This document shows, in pieces, positions 46,500-58,800 of a stretch of 64,000 bases of DNA; the first letter of the stretch is position 1; each line of letters opens with the position of its first letter. A program made the position numbers and the translations under genes. The notes below the pieces were generated by a model that searched no databases, was not told where the DNA came from, and saw only the letters and a list, made by a program, of their open reading frames with translations. This stretch comes from Monocercomonoides exilis PA203 (lineage: Eukaryota; Protista; Preaxostyla), in NCBI GenBank assembly GCA_001643675.2, contig LSRY02000033.1, forward strand, positions 682,001-746,000, given 5' to 3'.

Positions 46500-48400
46500 T
46501 GAAAATGTTCTCAAACCAGATGTTAGGTGGTTCTGGTCTCATAGAAATTCCAATGCAGTCTGTGGAACAGCAAACAATTCTTATTCTTCTCGACTATCCA
46601 AGAGGGAAAAGCACGAAAGGAAAGATATTCATAGTGAAGAGCGTTCTATTCAAATTGTCGAGGACGTACAGGAGGATCGGATCGTCCATGCTGTTCTCGT
46701 CTGCCTTGTCGAAGAAGACAAAAAAGCAAAGAATCTTTCTGGCAAACGTACAACTCGTTTGCAAGCGTTCAAAAAAGTACATCGATGCCCTCTAATCTGT
46801 ATTACTCCATTGTTGATTCTTATTTCTTATGTGCCCAGGTCGGCAGCCACGCAATCCTTGCTCTCACAAATGTGCCAATCATTAGTCTGTCAAACCTTTT
46901 TGCTAGGCACTCAAACACAACATCTTCCACGTCCTTCTCAAGTTCTTTGGAGTAGGCATTTCATCATCCAGCCTTTTGAATTTCTTCGTGATCGGTACAG
47001 TCTTGTTGATAAGATTCTCATAGCACTTCGTTTTAAAGGGAGCGGATCCATTCACAGCCGCACCGACCTAACTGAAATCACTCCCAAGCCCCTGATCAGA
47101 ATGTTCTCAAAAATGTGCATTGGCTGGTTGAATTGGAAAATCACGCTTTCTCTTGCGCTTCAAGTGTGCAACCAAAAGAACGGGCTTGATCGCTCTTAAA
47201 AGGCGTCGGTATGACAATCAGCTTCTGCCTACTTTTGAGCATTACCTCTGTTTTCCTCAGAATAATGTTGCATATGGATAATTAATTTCGAGTGGCAGCG
47301 AAAGAAGCATTGCATGTTGAATATGTTGTGCATGCGAAAAACAAGTGCTTTGCAGCCGCAAGCGTTTGTCAATATACAGGGGCATCGGTATACGTGCTTG
47401 TTTCTTCTCTTCTCGAATTCGCTAATAATCCCTTTACTCTTTAATCTTCATTTTTGAAATCTTCTCCATCTTTATCCTCCTCTGTTGGCTTCCTTCTCTT
47501 TATTCTCTCTATCTTCCCATTAATTCAAAATTTGCTTTCACTTTCTTTTCTCGAACTCCTTGCTGATGCATGTGCTGACGATATGTTCGCATCCAATGTA
47601 ATTCTGCCAATCTTCATTTAAACTCAACATTGTTCTCTCCTCTCTTTCTTCTCAGATAATACTCCCACATTTTGGCAATTCATTACTGAATACTTATACG
47701 ATCTATTATTCTTTTTGAGCATTTTTCATCCATTTTCGTGTTTTTGCTTTTGTTGTCAAAATAACTCTTCTGTCGATTTTGGGAGTAGTAGAAAATCTGA
47801 GACCGATGAAATAAATACGTGGAAAGTGAGAAAATCCTGCAATTGATTGAAGCATACCTGCTTCTGTAGCATCAACAGCTCGAAGACCCTGATGGATATC
47901 TGCTGAGAGGGGGATAGAGAGGAGGAAGATGCGCACGAAGAGAGAGATGAATGGAAGATAAGTTGTTGTGTTTGACTCGTGATTTGGTTTAAAAATGGTG
48001 TGGTGAATCGGAAGAAAATGATGAAGATGAGGCAATAGGTGCTCTCTTTGATTGGTGCAGGGCTCAAAAATTAGTGGTAAATCCAATTGTTGACGCGAAG
48101 ATACAGTCAGACAGGAAGATCAATATTTTGCAAAGGAGAATAAAGGCTGTTTGAGAATTAGAGAAAGATGAAATAAAAATGGAGCAAAGAAGAAGAGATG
48201 ATGGATTAGTGTCGGAGAACTAATACAATTCCGCTTCTGCATCTATCAGTATCCTTGCTGAGTTTAATGATGAAGTCAAATAGGAGACTGTCCAGCTGCT
48301 TTTCCCATCGATTTTTTTATTTCGCACTTTTGTTCGAAAAAAAAATATTTTCTTTGCTTATCAAAATCATTCCACTCATCGTCACTTTCTTTATTCCTGT
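46500..48400 (-). pseudogene. Possible heavily decayed retroelement (DIRS-like reverse transcriptase) remnant
   Basis: Frame-broken fragments KKIDGK..RILIDA, QQLDL, SLSPSQQISIRVFELLM, FISSVSDFLLL fall in the order of RT motifs. Weak, by-eye resemblance only. Confidence 0.25.
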
Positions 48401-49433
48401 TTGACATTTTATGAAGTGCTTCATTGTTACACAAGGGAACTTGGCTATTCCATTGAGCTGGTGAAAAGGCGCCTTATCATCGATTCTCCTTTTGTTAATG
48501 TGCACTTTCACATCTTTCTAATAATCACAATTCCGAATTTATGTTTTTTTTACCATAGAAAAATGAAATCACACCATATCGCAGTTTATTCTTCATCAAA
48601 TAATTGGGAATTATTGAAAAATATAACATTCGCATCAAAACACAAAACAAACCATTTGATTTGCTTGTTTTTTCATCTCAATTAAACTTGTGAGTGTCAT
48701 CTTCACTTTTTGCAAAAGTCCAGGTGAACACTTTGCATCTAAAAATTCTAATTAAATGAAAATATGAACCACCAATGGAATCTTGATTTTCATTGAAAAA
48801 TAATAAATTCTCTCATTGACAATTCGTATTAATCGGCAATTCCAAAATATGAATAGGAATTAAACACTTTTTTATCGAGAAACTGAAATAATTATTTTGA
48901 TCAAAAAATGAGATATATAATTTTTTGTTTCTTAAAATTTTTTCTCATTTAGAAGTTTGCAATGAACTAACAAACATTGTAGTGACAGATATAACTTTTC
49001 ATTAGAATTATGGTAACTGAATATAAAACAAATTTCTTCCATGGGTCAAATTTTTGATCTGATGTCACTTTTCAAAAAAATTTAGCCATATTTTTGAGCA
49101 GAAATTTTTGAATGAAAAAATATGAATTCAAAAATAATCACACAGGTTTTGATTTGCATTCGCTTTTTTTTTTCAACATTGAAAAGTGCTAACACCATTT
49201 GATAAAAAAGTGTCACAAATGTGAATCAAACGTTTGCTATTGTGAAAATTGCAATTCAAAAAATATGGAAATGATAATTTATAGTCGTTTCCAAAAGTTT
49301 ATTTCTAATTCAACATACAGAAAAAGTTTCAATTTCAAAAATTAAAATCTCCATAAGTGATTATTTTTGAATCCATATTTTCTCTATCCAAAATTTCAGT
49401 TAAAGATTTTCTTTGAATATTGATAAATGAATG

Positions 49434-49835
49434 GTCACTTTCCAAATTGGCGGACACTTTCCTTATGGCCGGACAGTTGCATTTTCTCAGCAGCTAATAA
49501 ACGTAGAATTTTGGTTTTTTCCCACATCAATCGAAAGGTGAATATGAGTACATGCAGTTTGACAAGAATGATGGATTCTTGTGCTTTCATTTTTTAAAAA
49601 TCAATCTTATTTTTCAGAGGAACACGGAGTTATTAGTTTTTCCGAAATTCTGGGAAAAACAAAATTGATTTTTAAAAAATGAAAGCACAAGAATCCATCA
49701 TTCTTGTCAAACTGCATGTACTCATATTCACCTTTCGATTGATGTGGGAAAAAACCAAAATTCTACGTTTATTAGCTGCTGAGAAAATGCAACTGTCCGG
49801 CCATAAGGAAATTATCCGCCAATTTGGAAAGTGAC
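49434..49835. mobile_element. Foldback/MITE-like element with 172-bp inverted arms (49434-49605, 49664-49835) and a 58-bp spacer
   Basis: Ends GTCACTTTCCAAATTGGCGGA... and ...TCCGCCAATTTGGAAAGTGAC; only 2 mismatches seen between arms; no target-site duplication identified. Confidence 0.75.
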
Positions 49836-50302
49836 TAAACAGAAAAAAGTCATTACTCCTTTCAAAGATAATTTTTTTCATGAAAATTTTGTGATTAATA
49901 AATTAGAACATTTTCATAAATTCGGTTATTTTTTATTATTGTTGAAACAGAATAAATACCACTTTCAAATAAAAAAAGCAAATTATTGTATGTTTATTTT
50001 ACTCTTTAATGGAAGTGCAAAAATATTTTTTTTTCAAAAATAGTTTGCTCGAATTAACAAATCAACGAAAAAGTCCAAAAATATTCCAAATCAAATAAAA
50101 CAATAAAAATAAATTGAATCAATAATTTTTTATCACATATTCTTCAGTATTTAGACAAATTTTATTTACGATAGTTGATTTCCCTGAAATTATTTATTCA
50201 AAAATTTTCCTTTCAACAAAGTTAAATAACCATGATATGTACTATTCCTAAAGAATGAAAAATATGTGTATTATATGATTTAACAATGCATGCAGATATT
50301 CT

Positions 50303-50464
50303 TCACAGGTCAATCACGTAATCATCCTAATATACGATTAATGAAGTATTATCAAAAAATTTCAGAAAACATATACAAAATTAACATTTCATTAAAAAAA
50401 GCAAATTTAAAAAAAATGATAGACAAATAAATTAAAATTAAAGTTAAAAAAAAAAAAAAAAAAA

Positions 50465-50505
<41 letters not shown>

Positions 50506-53500
50506 ATTATTTGTTGAATGGGAAAAAATAAACACTAAATATTATGCATACAATTATGACAGGCTCTTTCCACGCAAGCATATCAAGCAAAAATGAGTGG
50601 CTTATACAAGGAATCCCTTTTGATAGCAAAGCGCCCATCATTTCATCTTTGACAGCAGGGGCAGGAACAGCTTGGTGGCGAGTGGATGAATAACAAGAGG
50701 AAGGAGAAGAAGGTGAAGGAGATACAGAGGAAGGAGATGCACGTGAGCGAGGTGGTGAACGGAAATATGAAATGGAAGCAGAAGAATTAGAATTCGAATT
50801 AGAAGAAGAAGAAGAAGCAGTAAACGAAGATAGGGATTGTGCTGATGGTGGCAAAGAGAACTTTGAAGGAGACGAAAGAGAAGATTTTGGTGAATGGTGA
50901 TGTGTGTCTGGTGACTGAGGTGTGGAAGGCTGTGACGTGAGCTGCCTTTTGGCTGCAGGCGAACCAGGAGATGGGGTGACGTACGAAAGAGACTGTGTAG
51001 GGGACAGAACAGGCAGAGGAGAGCTGAGCGACACGCCTCTGTCGATCACTCCCACACGCGAAGAGGAGGAAGGAGGGAAAGGAAGCTCCAGTTTGCGGGG
51101 CGTCCAAGGTGATTGGGTGGAGTGTGGTGCCACCGGCTGTGTGAGCGCAGGCTGCGAGGGATGAGGCGAGAGCGGAGAGCCGAGCGGTGCAGGCAGAGCA
51201 GCAAATGAGAAAGGAGCTGCAGAAGCAGATGAGGCAACAGCACTGTCTGAAGAGGCAGTAGAAGCGCTTTCTTCAGCGCGGTGGAGAGTTGAAGGAGGCT
51301 GCTGGTTGTAGGAAGAACGAGACTGGATGGCTGACAACTGGAGAGAAGGTGAATCAAAACTGGTGTTGGAAGACAAGAGAGACAAGTCTGTCTGAAACAT
51401 ATCAGCAGCAGCAGCTGGTGGCAGAACAGAGATATTTGACAAGGGAGATGTGGCAGCTGAGGTTGCCTGTGCCGTGCTGGATGATGATGACGAAGAACTC
51501 GTTGGCATCAAAGAAGAAGAAGAAGAAGAAGCAGAAGCAGAAGCAGAAGAAGATGATGACAATGATGACAAAGGTGATAAATAAGAAGGAGCATATGTGG
51601 AAGGCGTGGGTGACGTGGCAGCGCGAATCGCAGAGATTGAGGAGCGATTCTGAGAGAGCCGCTTCTGCGAAGGGTTGCTCATTGCATACGTCACCAGGTC
51701 ACACGACGTGTCTACAATGCACAGCACAACACGGCCGTCGTCTGTTCGGATGATCGGCGGATCGTCTGCCCCGCCTTCGCCTGCAATCGCATCAAAGCTG
51801 AGCAGCTCGTCGTTGTCTTCAACATCATCAACGATTATGTCGTTCTGATTGAAGTCATCAAACACGTGCTTTGCATCGCCTTCTCCAGTTGCCAGCGGAG
51901 TATCCAGTGCATTTGCTCTGCTTTTAGCTTTCTCTTCTGCTTCTCTCATTCTCCTTCTTTTCCTCAGTATCGCTGCGTTCTCGCGCAGATACTGTTTTTC
52001 TGTCTCCTTTGCAAAGCGGAGGGCTTCTCTTCCGCTAATGATTTCTCCACCGCCTGTGATGATGATGCCTCTTAAATGCACACAATTCCCTGAATCAGCT
52101 GAAGTGTGCAGGACAAACGCAAAAGACGAAAACGGGGCGCCGATAAACACAGGGCGGTGCTGGATGAACGATGGCGTGTGGCCTGAAGAGCAGCATGCAG
52201 GCAGATACTCATCATCAGAAGGAGTGTTTGAATAAGAGACTAGCAAGTCACTCAGATGAGGCAGAGCGGCTTGACGCGTTTTGGAGGAGGTGCGCTTCAG
52301 AGAAGGAACAGGCTTATTGGAAGCAGATGAAGACGAACTAGTTAATGAGACATGAGGTCCCAACACACTCTCAGAAATCCGTATTTTTTTGGGGTATTTC
52401 CACCGCTTTTCTCTTTCTCGACGCATCGCACCCAGCCAAAGATGCTGAATGTTCAGTGTTTCCTTGTCTGGAATAGGGTCTTCTTCGCGGCGCGCTTTCT
52501 TCTCAGGCATCTTCAGGCTCTGACGCAAACGCCCTGCTCTTGTTTTCCTCTTTCCTGGCGTTAACTCTACTTCCTTAAGAATGGCTCCTTCATTTGCCTC
52601 TGGTGAATCTAACTCGTTCTCGTCCTCTGCTGTCAGTTCGTAGTCTGTTTCATCCAGGAAATAACCTGCTTTCAAAGAGTCCGTCAGATACGAGGGCTTC
52701 AGAACCCAGCAGCCAGCAGAGATGGCAAAGATGAGCTTGACTGAGCGGCTGAAGGAGCCCAAAATGAGGTGTGTGCAGAGAAACGGCAGGTACTTTTCCA
52801 GCTGCGGGCTGAACTCTTCAAAGGGCGTTGTGGTGTTTTCATCCACATCCCAGATGCTTCTGCTTCTGCCAAAATTCAGTGAGTCTCCACCAGCTGCCTC
52901 AGACTCATGCGAATGCGGTGTAGAAGATGCAGGATGCAGAGGAGGGCGGCCTTTTCGAGGAGTTGCTGGTGAAGGATGTGCCACGCCTTGCTTCGCGCTG
53001 GCAGAGTGCTTCGAAGACGAGCCGTCTCCAAACTCAAATTCCTCTCCCCTCAGAATGACATCGAAGGAGTCGTCGCTGCATTTCACGTGGCGCATCATCA
53101 CCAGGTCCTTCGGATGCTTCACAAACCCGTCGCCAGCCACTGCCCCACCGAGCTGGTGGACAATCTTCTTCATCTCACTCGTCTTTTCCTTCGAGACACC
53201 TGTAAACAGGAACACCGGACGCGCTCCGCATCTGCCGAGGGAAAGCCCACTGCAGCTGAAGGCGTTGCAGACAGGACACCGCAGCGCTGCACGGCACCTT
53301 ATGCAATGCCCCAAAGTGCCATTGAGCTCGGAGGAGGAAGGCGGATGAATAAGAGCTGACTTCACAGACAGCCTTGACGATGAGGATGAGGATGGAGACG
53401 GGGAACGGGCAGAGGCAGATGATTTTGCGGAGGAAGAAGGCGAATCCTGCGCAGTTTTTGTGGAATGAGAAGGAGTGGGTGTCGGAGAAGAAGAAGAGGA

Positions 53501-54523
53501 AAAAGCATGCTTTCCCTTTTTCTTTGTTTCTGCTTTGATGCTTTTGGGCTCTTTCTGCTTTGGTGTTTTTCCTTTGCTTTTTGCACTGGCCTTCGCTTTG
53601 CTGGGTTTTGCATCTTCCTCAACTGAGCTTGATGAATCAATTGTTTGCTTTGATTCGTCAATTGTTGGCTGCTTTGCTTTTTGCTGCTTCTTTTTCGATG
53701 ACTCGAAATCTGCTTCTGTAATCATTCTTTTGTTCGTTGCATCTCCTTTGTCAACGGAAATAAGTTTCTCATTTCTCTTTCTTTTCCCCAATTTTTTTGA
53801 AGGCTTATCCGTTTCAGACTTATCTGGTGAAATTATAGTAACGGCATCTGAATGGCTCCGCTTTAGATCTAATTCAAGTATTCTATCGTCTAGAGTCAGT
53901 ATATCAGGGTATCTCTCCGATAATTTTATGAGCGAATTTTCAGATTTTGTGGAGTTCATGGGGTAACGAGATTTCCAAACTTCTTTGATGATATGATTTG
54001 CAACCAATGGAAGTGAAATCCATCCATCTCGACGTATACCACATTCATAAACATTTCTCATTTTACCGAAAGATGATTTTTTACCAAGCCTTTGAAGTTC
54101 ACTTCCAATTCTTTTGACTTTTTTTTCAAGCGTTCTTGGTGTGGATTCTGGGAATTCCGGAAGGAAATCATTAACTTCTAAAAAATCTGTTTGCATTGCC
54201 GTGAGCAAAATTCTTGTATGCCTAAGTTGCTGTGCTTCCGCTTTTGATTGTGCGTCTGTTAAAGAAACTTTTGAAGGATTTGGAACAACATAAGTTTGAT
54301 TTCCAATTGTAATAAAACTGAATTGTTCGTCTGGGCACAAAAGGATTTGAGATGAAACAGCAATTTTACCACCCGAAAGGAATAAAGGTATATGCGCATG
54401 TGCCCTATTTGTTTCAACTTCATTTTCATATTCAACTAATGAATTTAAATGAGTTTCAAGTTTCATTAAAGCTTTTATCTCTGTTTCCATCTGAGTGGAA
54501 GAAGATGACTGCTCGCTTAACAT
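50303..54523 (-). CDS. Tandem-BRCT protein (TopBP1 BRCT7-8/SLF1-like pair) with long Ser-rich insertions; exons 54523-50552 and 50326-50303
   Basis: BRCT1: VFLFTG..IVHQLGGAV..CTHLIL..RSVKLIFAISAGCWVLKPSYLTDSLKAGYFLDETDYE. BRCT2: GAPFSSFAFVL..IIITGGGEI..GIPCISHSFLLDML. Terminal intron GTATGC...TAG (50551-50327) gives the last exon DDYVIDL*. Confidence 0.8.
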
Positions 54524-54654
54524 TACGTTAATGTTACTTGAGTAAGTAGTCTTGCAATGATGACTTTTTTCGTTCTGTAAATAGTAACAAAATTAGGTAT
54601 TTGAAAAAAAGTATATGGAAGAGATCACTTTAGGTTTTCAGAAATACTTTTTTA

Positions 54655-55591
54655 ATGGAGCAATTTGAAACAAAAGAACAATGGATCCAAGCTGCAGCAA
54701 GGTTAATTACAGAATTACGTACACTTCAAGCATCTATAAATGACAGACTTACTCAAATACGAAATGGGACCCCTCAACATACACTTGCTCGAAAACACTC
54801 AGATAACAAAAGAACATTGACTCAACTCGAAGGTTAATTATAATAATTTTATATATGTTAATTTCTTACAATAAATTTAAATGTTTAGCTCGAGCAACTC
54901 AAATTGTTAAGTCTCGCGAAACACTTATTCGTTCAGGTAAAATTGCAGGAGGAGATTCCATGTCAACGCAAAAGCAGGTTGATACAATAAATAATCAATT
55001 GAGAGAAGCACAACGATTGATGCTTGTTGGGGATGGCCCAACAGGAAATGCTGGGTATTTTTAATTTTTTGGGTTATTATTTCAAAAGCATCTTTATTCA
55101 AGATCCATTGATAGAACAAGAGAAACAGAAGAAACACGTGGAATGACAGCACAAGAAATGATGCAAGCAAATGAACAGCAAATAAATCGTTTGATATAAT
55201 TATTAATAAGATATGATTATTATAGAAATACAATTGTGCTTTACAGAACAAGATGCAAAACTCGATCAAATAAACAATGGACTGCGAACTGAAATTGAAA
55301 AGGCAAAAGGAATTTCAAATACACTCGGTATTTTATCACTTTATATTCTTTTGATGAAAAAACTTAAATATTCAAAAAATTTTGACAGACGATCAAGAGA
55401 AACAAATCGACAGAACGAGCGGTAAAATGGATTCTAATGTTAATGAGATACATAGACAAGAGAAAAAAATGGACAAATTAATTACTGCAAAAACTTGCAT
55501 TTATTATGTTATAATTGTTATTTTACTTATTGTTTTAATTGCACAAGTAGCATCGGGTAATTTTACCATGGGCTACCCTAGCAAAAAATAA
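54655..55591 (+). CDS. STX8: Qc-SNARE, syntaxin-8-like; 5 exons
   Basis: Spliced sequence ETEETRGMTAQEMMQANEQQINQQDAKLDQI...ISNTLDDQEKQID is a SNARE helix with a Q layer, followed by the C-terminal TM CIYYVIIVILLIVLI. Confidence 0.75.
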
Positions 55592-55857
55592 TTGATATTG
55601 TTTGTAAAGAGAATATTAATTCTGTTAAATGTATGTTTTGCAGTTTTTTTAAATAAATTTTTTTTTATATATTGAAGATTTGATTTTGTTGTTCTTATTG
55701 AAATATTTTAATTCGTTTTTAAAATTTTATTTTATAATACATCTCGAAATGGGGATATTCACTCCACTTGTTTTCTTTTATAATTTGATTTCACATCAAT
55801 TATGCTCCAAAAAGGGTAACGATCAAAAAGATCAGAAAACTTTTGTTATTTTTTGCC

Positions 55858-58800
55858 ATGGTGCCAAGATTATATGCTATAATATCTGCCAATTGGAAGG
55901 TGCTTTTTTCCATGTGGCTGCTTCTAGGTAAGATTACATTTTTATTTACATTTAATATTTTTCTATAAATATTTGCTTTTTTACAGGATCCTATTCAAAC
56001 TTTTCAGCTTTATCTTTTCTTGATCTTTTGTCTGGAATATATTATTCTTTATTTTCTTATCCAACAGCGCTTCAAGGAAGAAAAGGTTCGCAATTTTTTT
56101 TAATTGAAACAATATTAAATTACGAAAATTTCTTTTAAATAACAGGAGTTGTTTTTGATTGGATTTTTTTGGTTATTACCATCATCTCCTCTCTTTGCAG
56201 CCTGTTTATTTATATTTTTTCAACGGTAGAAATCAAAAATTCTTTTGAAAATTATTTTGTTGTTTTTATGCTTCTTTGAAATCTTTCAGGTTTTGACAAG
56301 CAATGTTCAAATATCCGTTGCATTTGTTCTTTATGGTACATTGGAGTTTGTCTTTTGTGTTGTAAATATTTTATTAATGATTTATTTTAAATTTCGAAAC
56401 ATTAATTATAAAGTGGCATATCTACCGGAAAGATGATTTTTTCAGTACTTATTCATGCTATAACCATTGTAATTTCGGCGATTATACTTATTAATCACAT
56501 TTCAACATCTATAACAATCTTCTCACGAACAAAAAATCGAGATTTTAGAGAAACGCAATACAATCAAAATTTTGGTGGATCATCTGAAAAAGAAGGAAAG
56601 ACGTACATTAACGGATACACCGCCACAACCATTTTATCACCAATAGTGGCAGCAATTGAGGCAATACTCCTTAATGTTGCTGTGATACCGTCGATGAATG
56701 CATTTTTCTTTCCTCTTCTTCTAATGTGCGCAGTCTGTGCATTTTTCTTTGTGTTCCCACGACTCCACTTCAAAGGACTTGGATGGGGCGGAAGAGCATT
56801 GGAGGTTGAAGAAAGGAAAAAAGAAAACATGTTACTGCAGAGAAACAGGCAAAACATAGCTGACAGAACAGAAAAAGGAAAAGGAAAGAGAAAAAGGAAC
56901 ATGAATGGTAGCGAGATAGAGAGCAAAGGATTGCTCGAACAATCTGAGAAGTCATCATCATCATCATCATCATCTTCGGATTCTTCATCAGAAGACTCCA
57001 CTACTTCCAGAGCCACATCCCATCTTCTGCACAGCGTGTTCCCACATGTGCAAGTACTGACATATGGAGCCATCATCTACATCGGCCTCCTCCTCCTCTT
57101 CTTCCACTGTGTGCAGATGGTGATTGTGCTCTCTTCACTCTCTGCACCTCCCCCATCTGCCTCTGCCTCTGCCTCTGCCTCTGCTGCTGCTGCGTCTTTT
57201 GTGTCTGCAGCAGCAGAAGAGCCACCCTCCACAGCCGAAGTGAAGCTGATCACCAACAAGCTGAGTGTGGTTGGCGTACCCTTTCTGATTGACATCAAAA
57301 GCGAGCTCTATCGACACCCTCAGCGCGACAAGGCGATGCACACGTCGCTCTACTTCCTCTGCCTTGTGATGGCGCTGTCAGGCTTTGTCCCTCCGCCGAT
57401 GGTGAAAAACCCAGAGGAACGCAAAAGAGCATCGAAGGACAATGAAACAGCTGAAGGGAAAGAAGAGTCTCAAAGCTCACAACAAAAGGAAGAGGCAGAG
57501 AAACAAGGCAGTCAATCTGTGTCTTCAAACAAAAAAGCATCTTCCTCTTCGTCTTCTCATAACCGTCACAGTCAGACCTGTTCGGACGAGTTCTGCCATC
57601 TTCACCCGCGGCACACCTCTTCTTGGCGCCTGCTCTTTTCGTATGTCCCTCCCTCTCTGCGTTATCTCTCTCTCCTCTTCTCCTTTTTGGCTGTGCCATC
57701 AATGCCCGGCTGCATCGTGTTCATTGCTCCGCTGTTCCTGCTGGCGTCCTTTGTGCCTCACAGAGCCATCTTCCAGTTCCTCATCCGCATCTCCTCGTTC
57801 CTCCAGATGATTCTCGTCATCTTCCTCTACGTCCTCGTCACGCTTTCAATCGAAAGCATCGAGAAATTCCGCAACTCGTCCCATTTGATACAGACAAGCG
57901 ACTTCAGACAGTCAGAACTCTTCACGTTTCTGCTGCTGTGGGTGGTCGGTGCGCTGATCTTCACCAACAAAATTAACAAATCACAGAAGGAAGAGAAGGA
58001 AAGAGAGGAGAGGCAGAACAATGGAGAAGAAGAGAAGATTGGAAGCAGAGGATTCGAGAACAATTACAGAGTTGAAAGAGAAAATGAAAGTGATATTCAT
58101 CTTCATCATTCTCATTGCTCAACAAAGAGAGGAGGAAGAAGGAAGAAGCAGTCGTGCAACTGCAGCTTCAGCCATAAGCTTTCGTATTTCCTGAAACCAG
58201 CTGTTTCTGCTCTTCCAACCTTCGTCTTCACTTTTATTCCCATCTTTTTCCCGCTCTTTCTGCTCATCCACATCCACAACACGCCCATCAACTTTCTCTC
58301 CCTCGTCTTCTTCTTCGTCCCCATCCTCCCTCTTCTCCCCACATCCCTCTCTTCCTTCTTCCACACCCTCTCCTTCATCGTCTCTTCTCTCTCTCTCGTG
58401 TTCTGTGCTGCCACCAGCTTCTACCCAGCTGCTGTGCCTGTGCTCTTCAACACAAAGGTTAATCATCCAGTCATCGGAACACACGACTTACTCGCAGATG
58501 TCAGCAACGAGACCATCTCTGTTGTTGCCAGCATGTCCTTTGTCCTTCCGCTGGCTGTGTCTTTGCTGGTGATGCGTGCGTGGATCGACCAGAGCGAAAT
58601 AGAAGTGGACGAAGTGGAAGAGGAAGAGGAAGGGGAATATCAAGAAACAAGATATGGCTTTGGAGAAGGTGATGGGAAAGAAGGGAGAAGAAGGGGAATA
58701 AATTGGATTGAGAAAGCAAGGCTGAAGCGACAGAAGGAGTTCAGAGCGAGGTCCATCTCTCGAATGTGGCATCGCTCGCATCACCAGTCGCAGCAGAACA

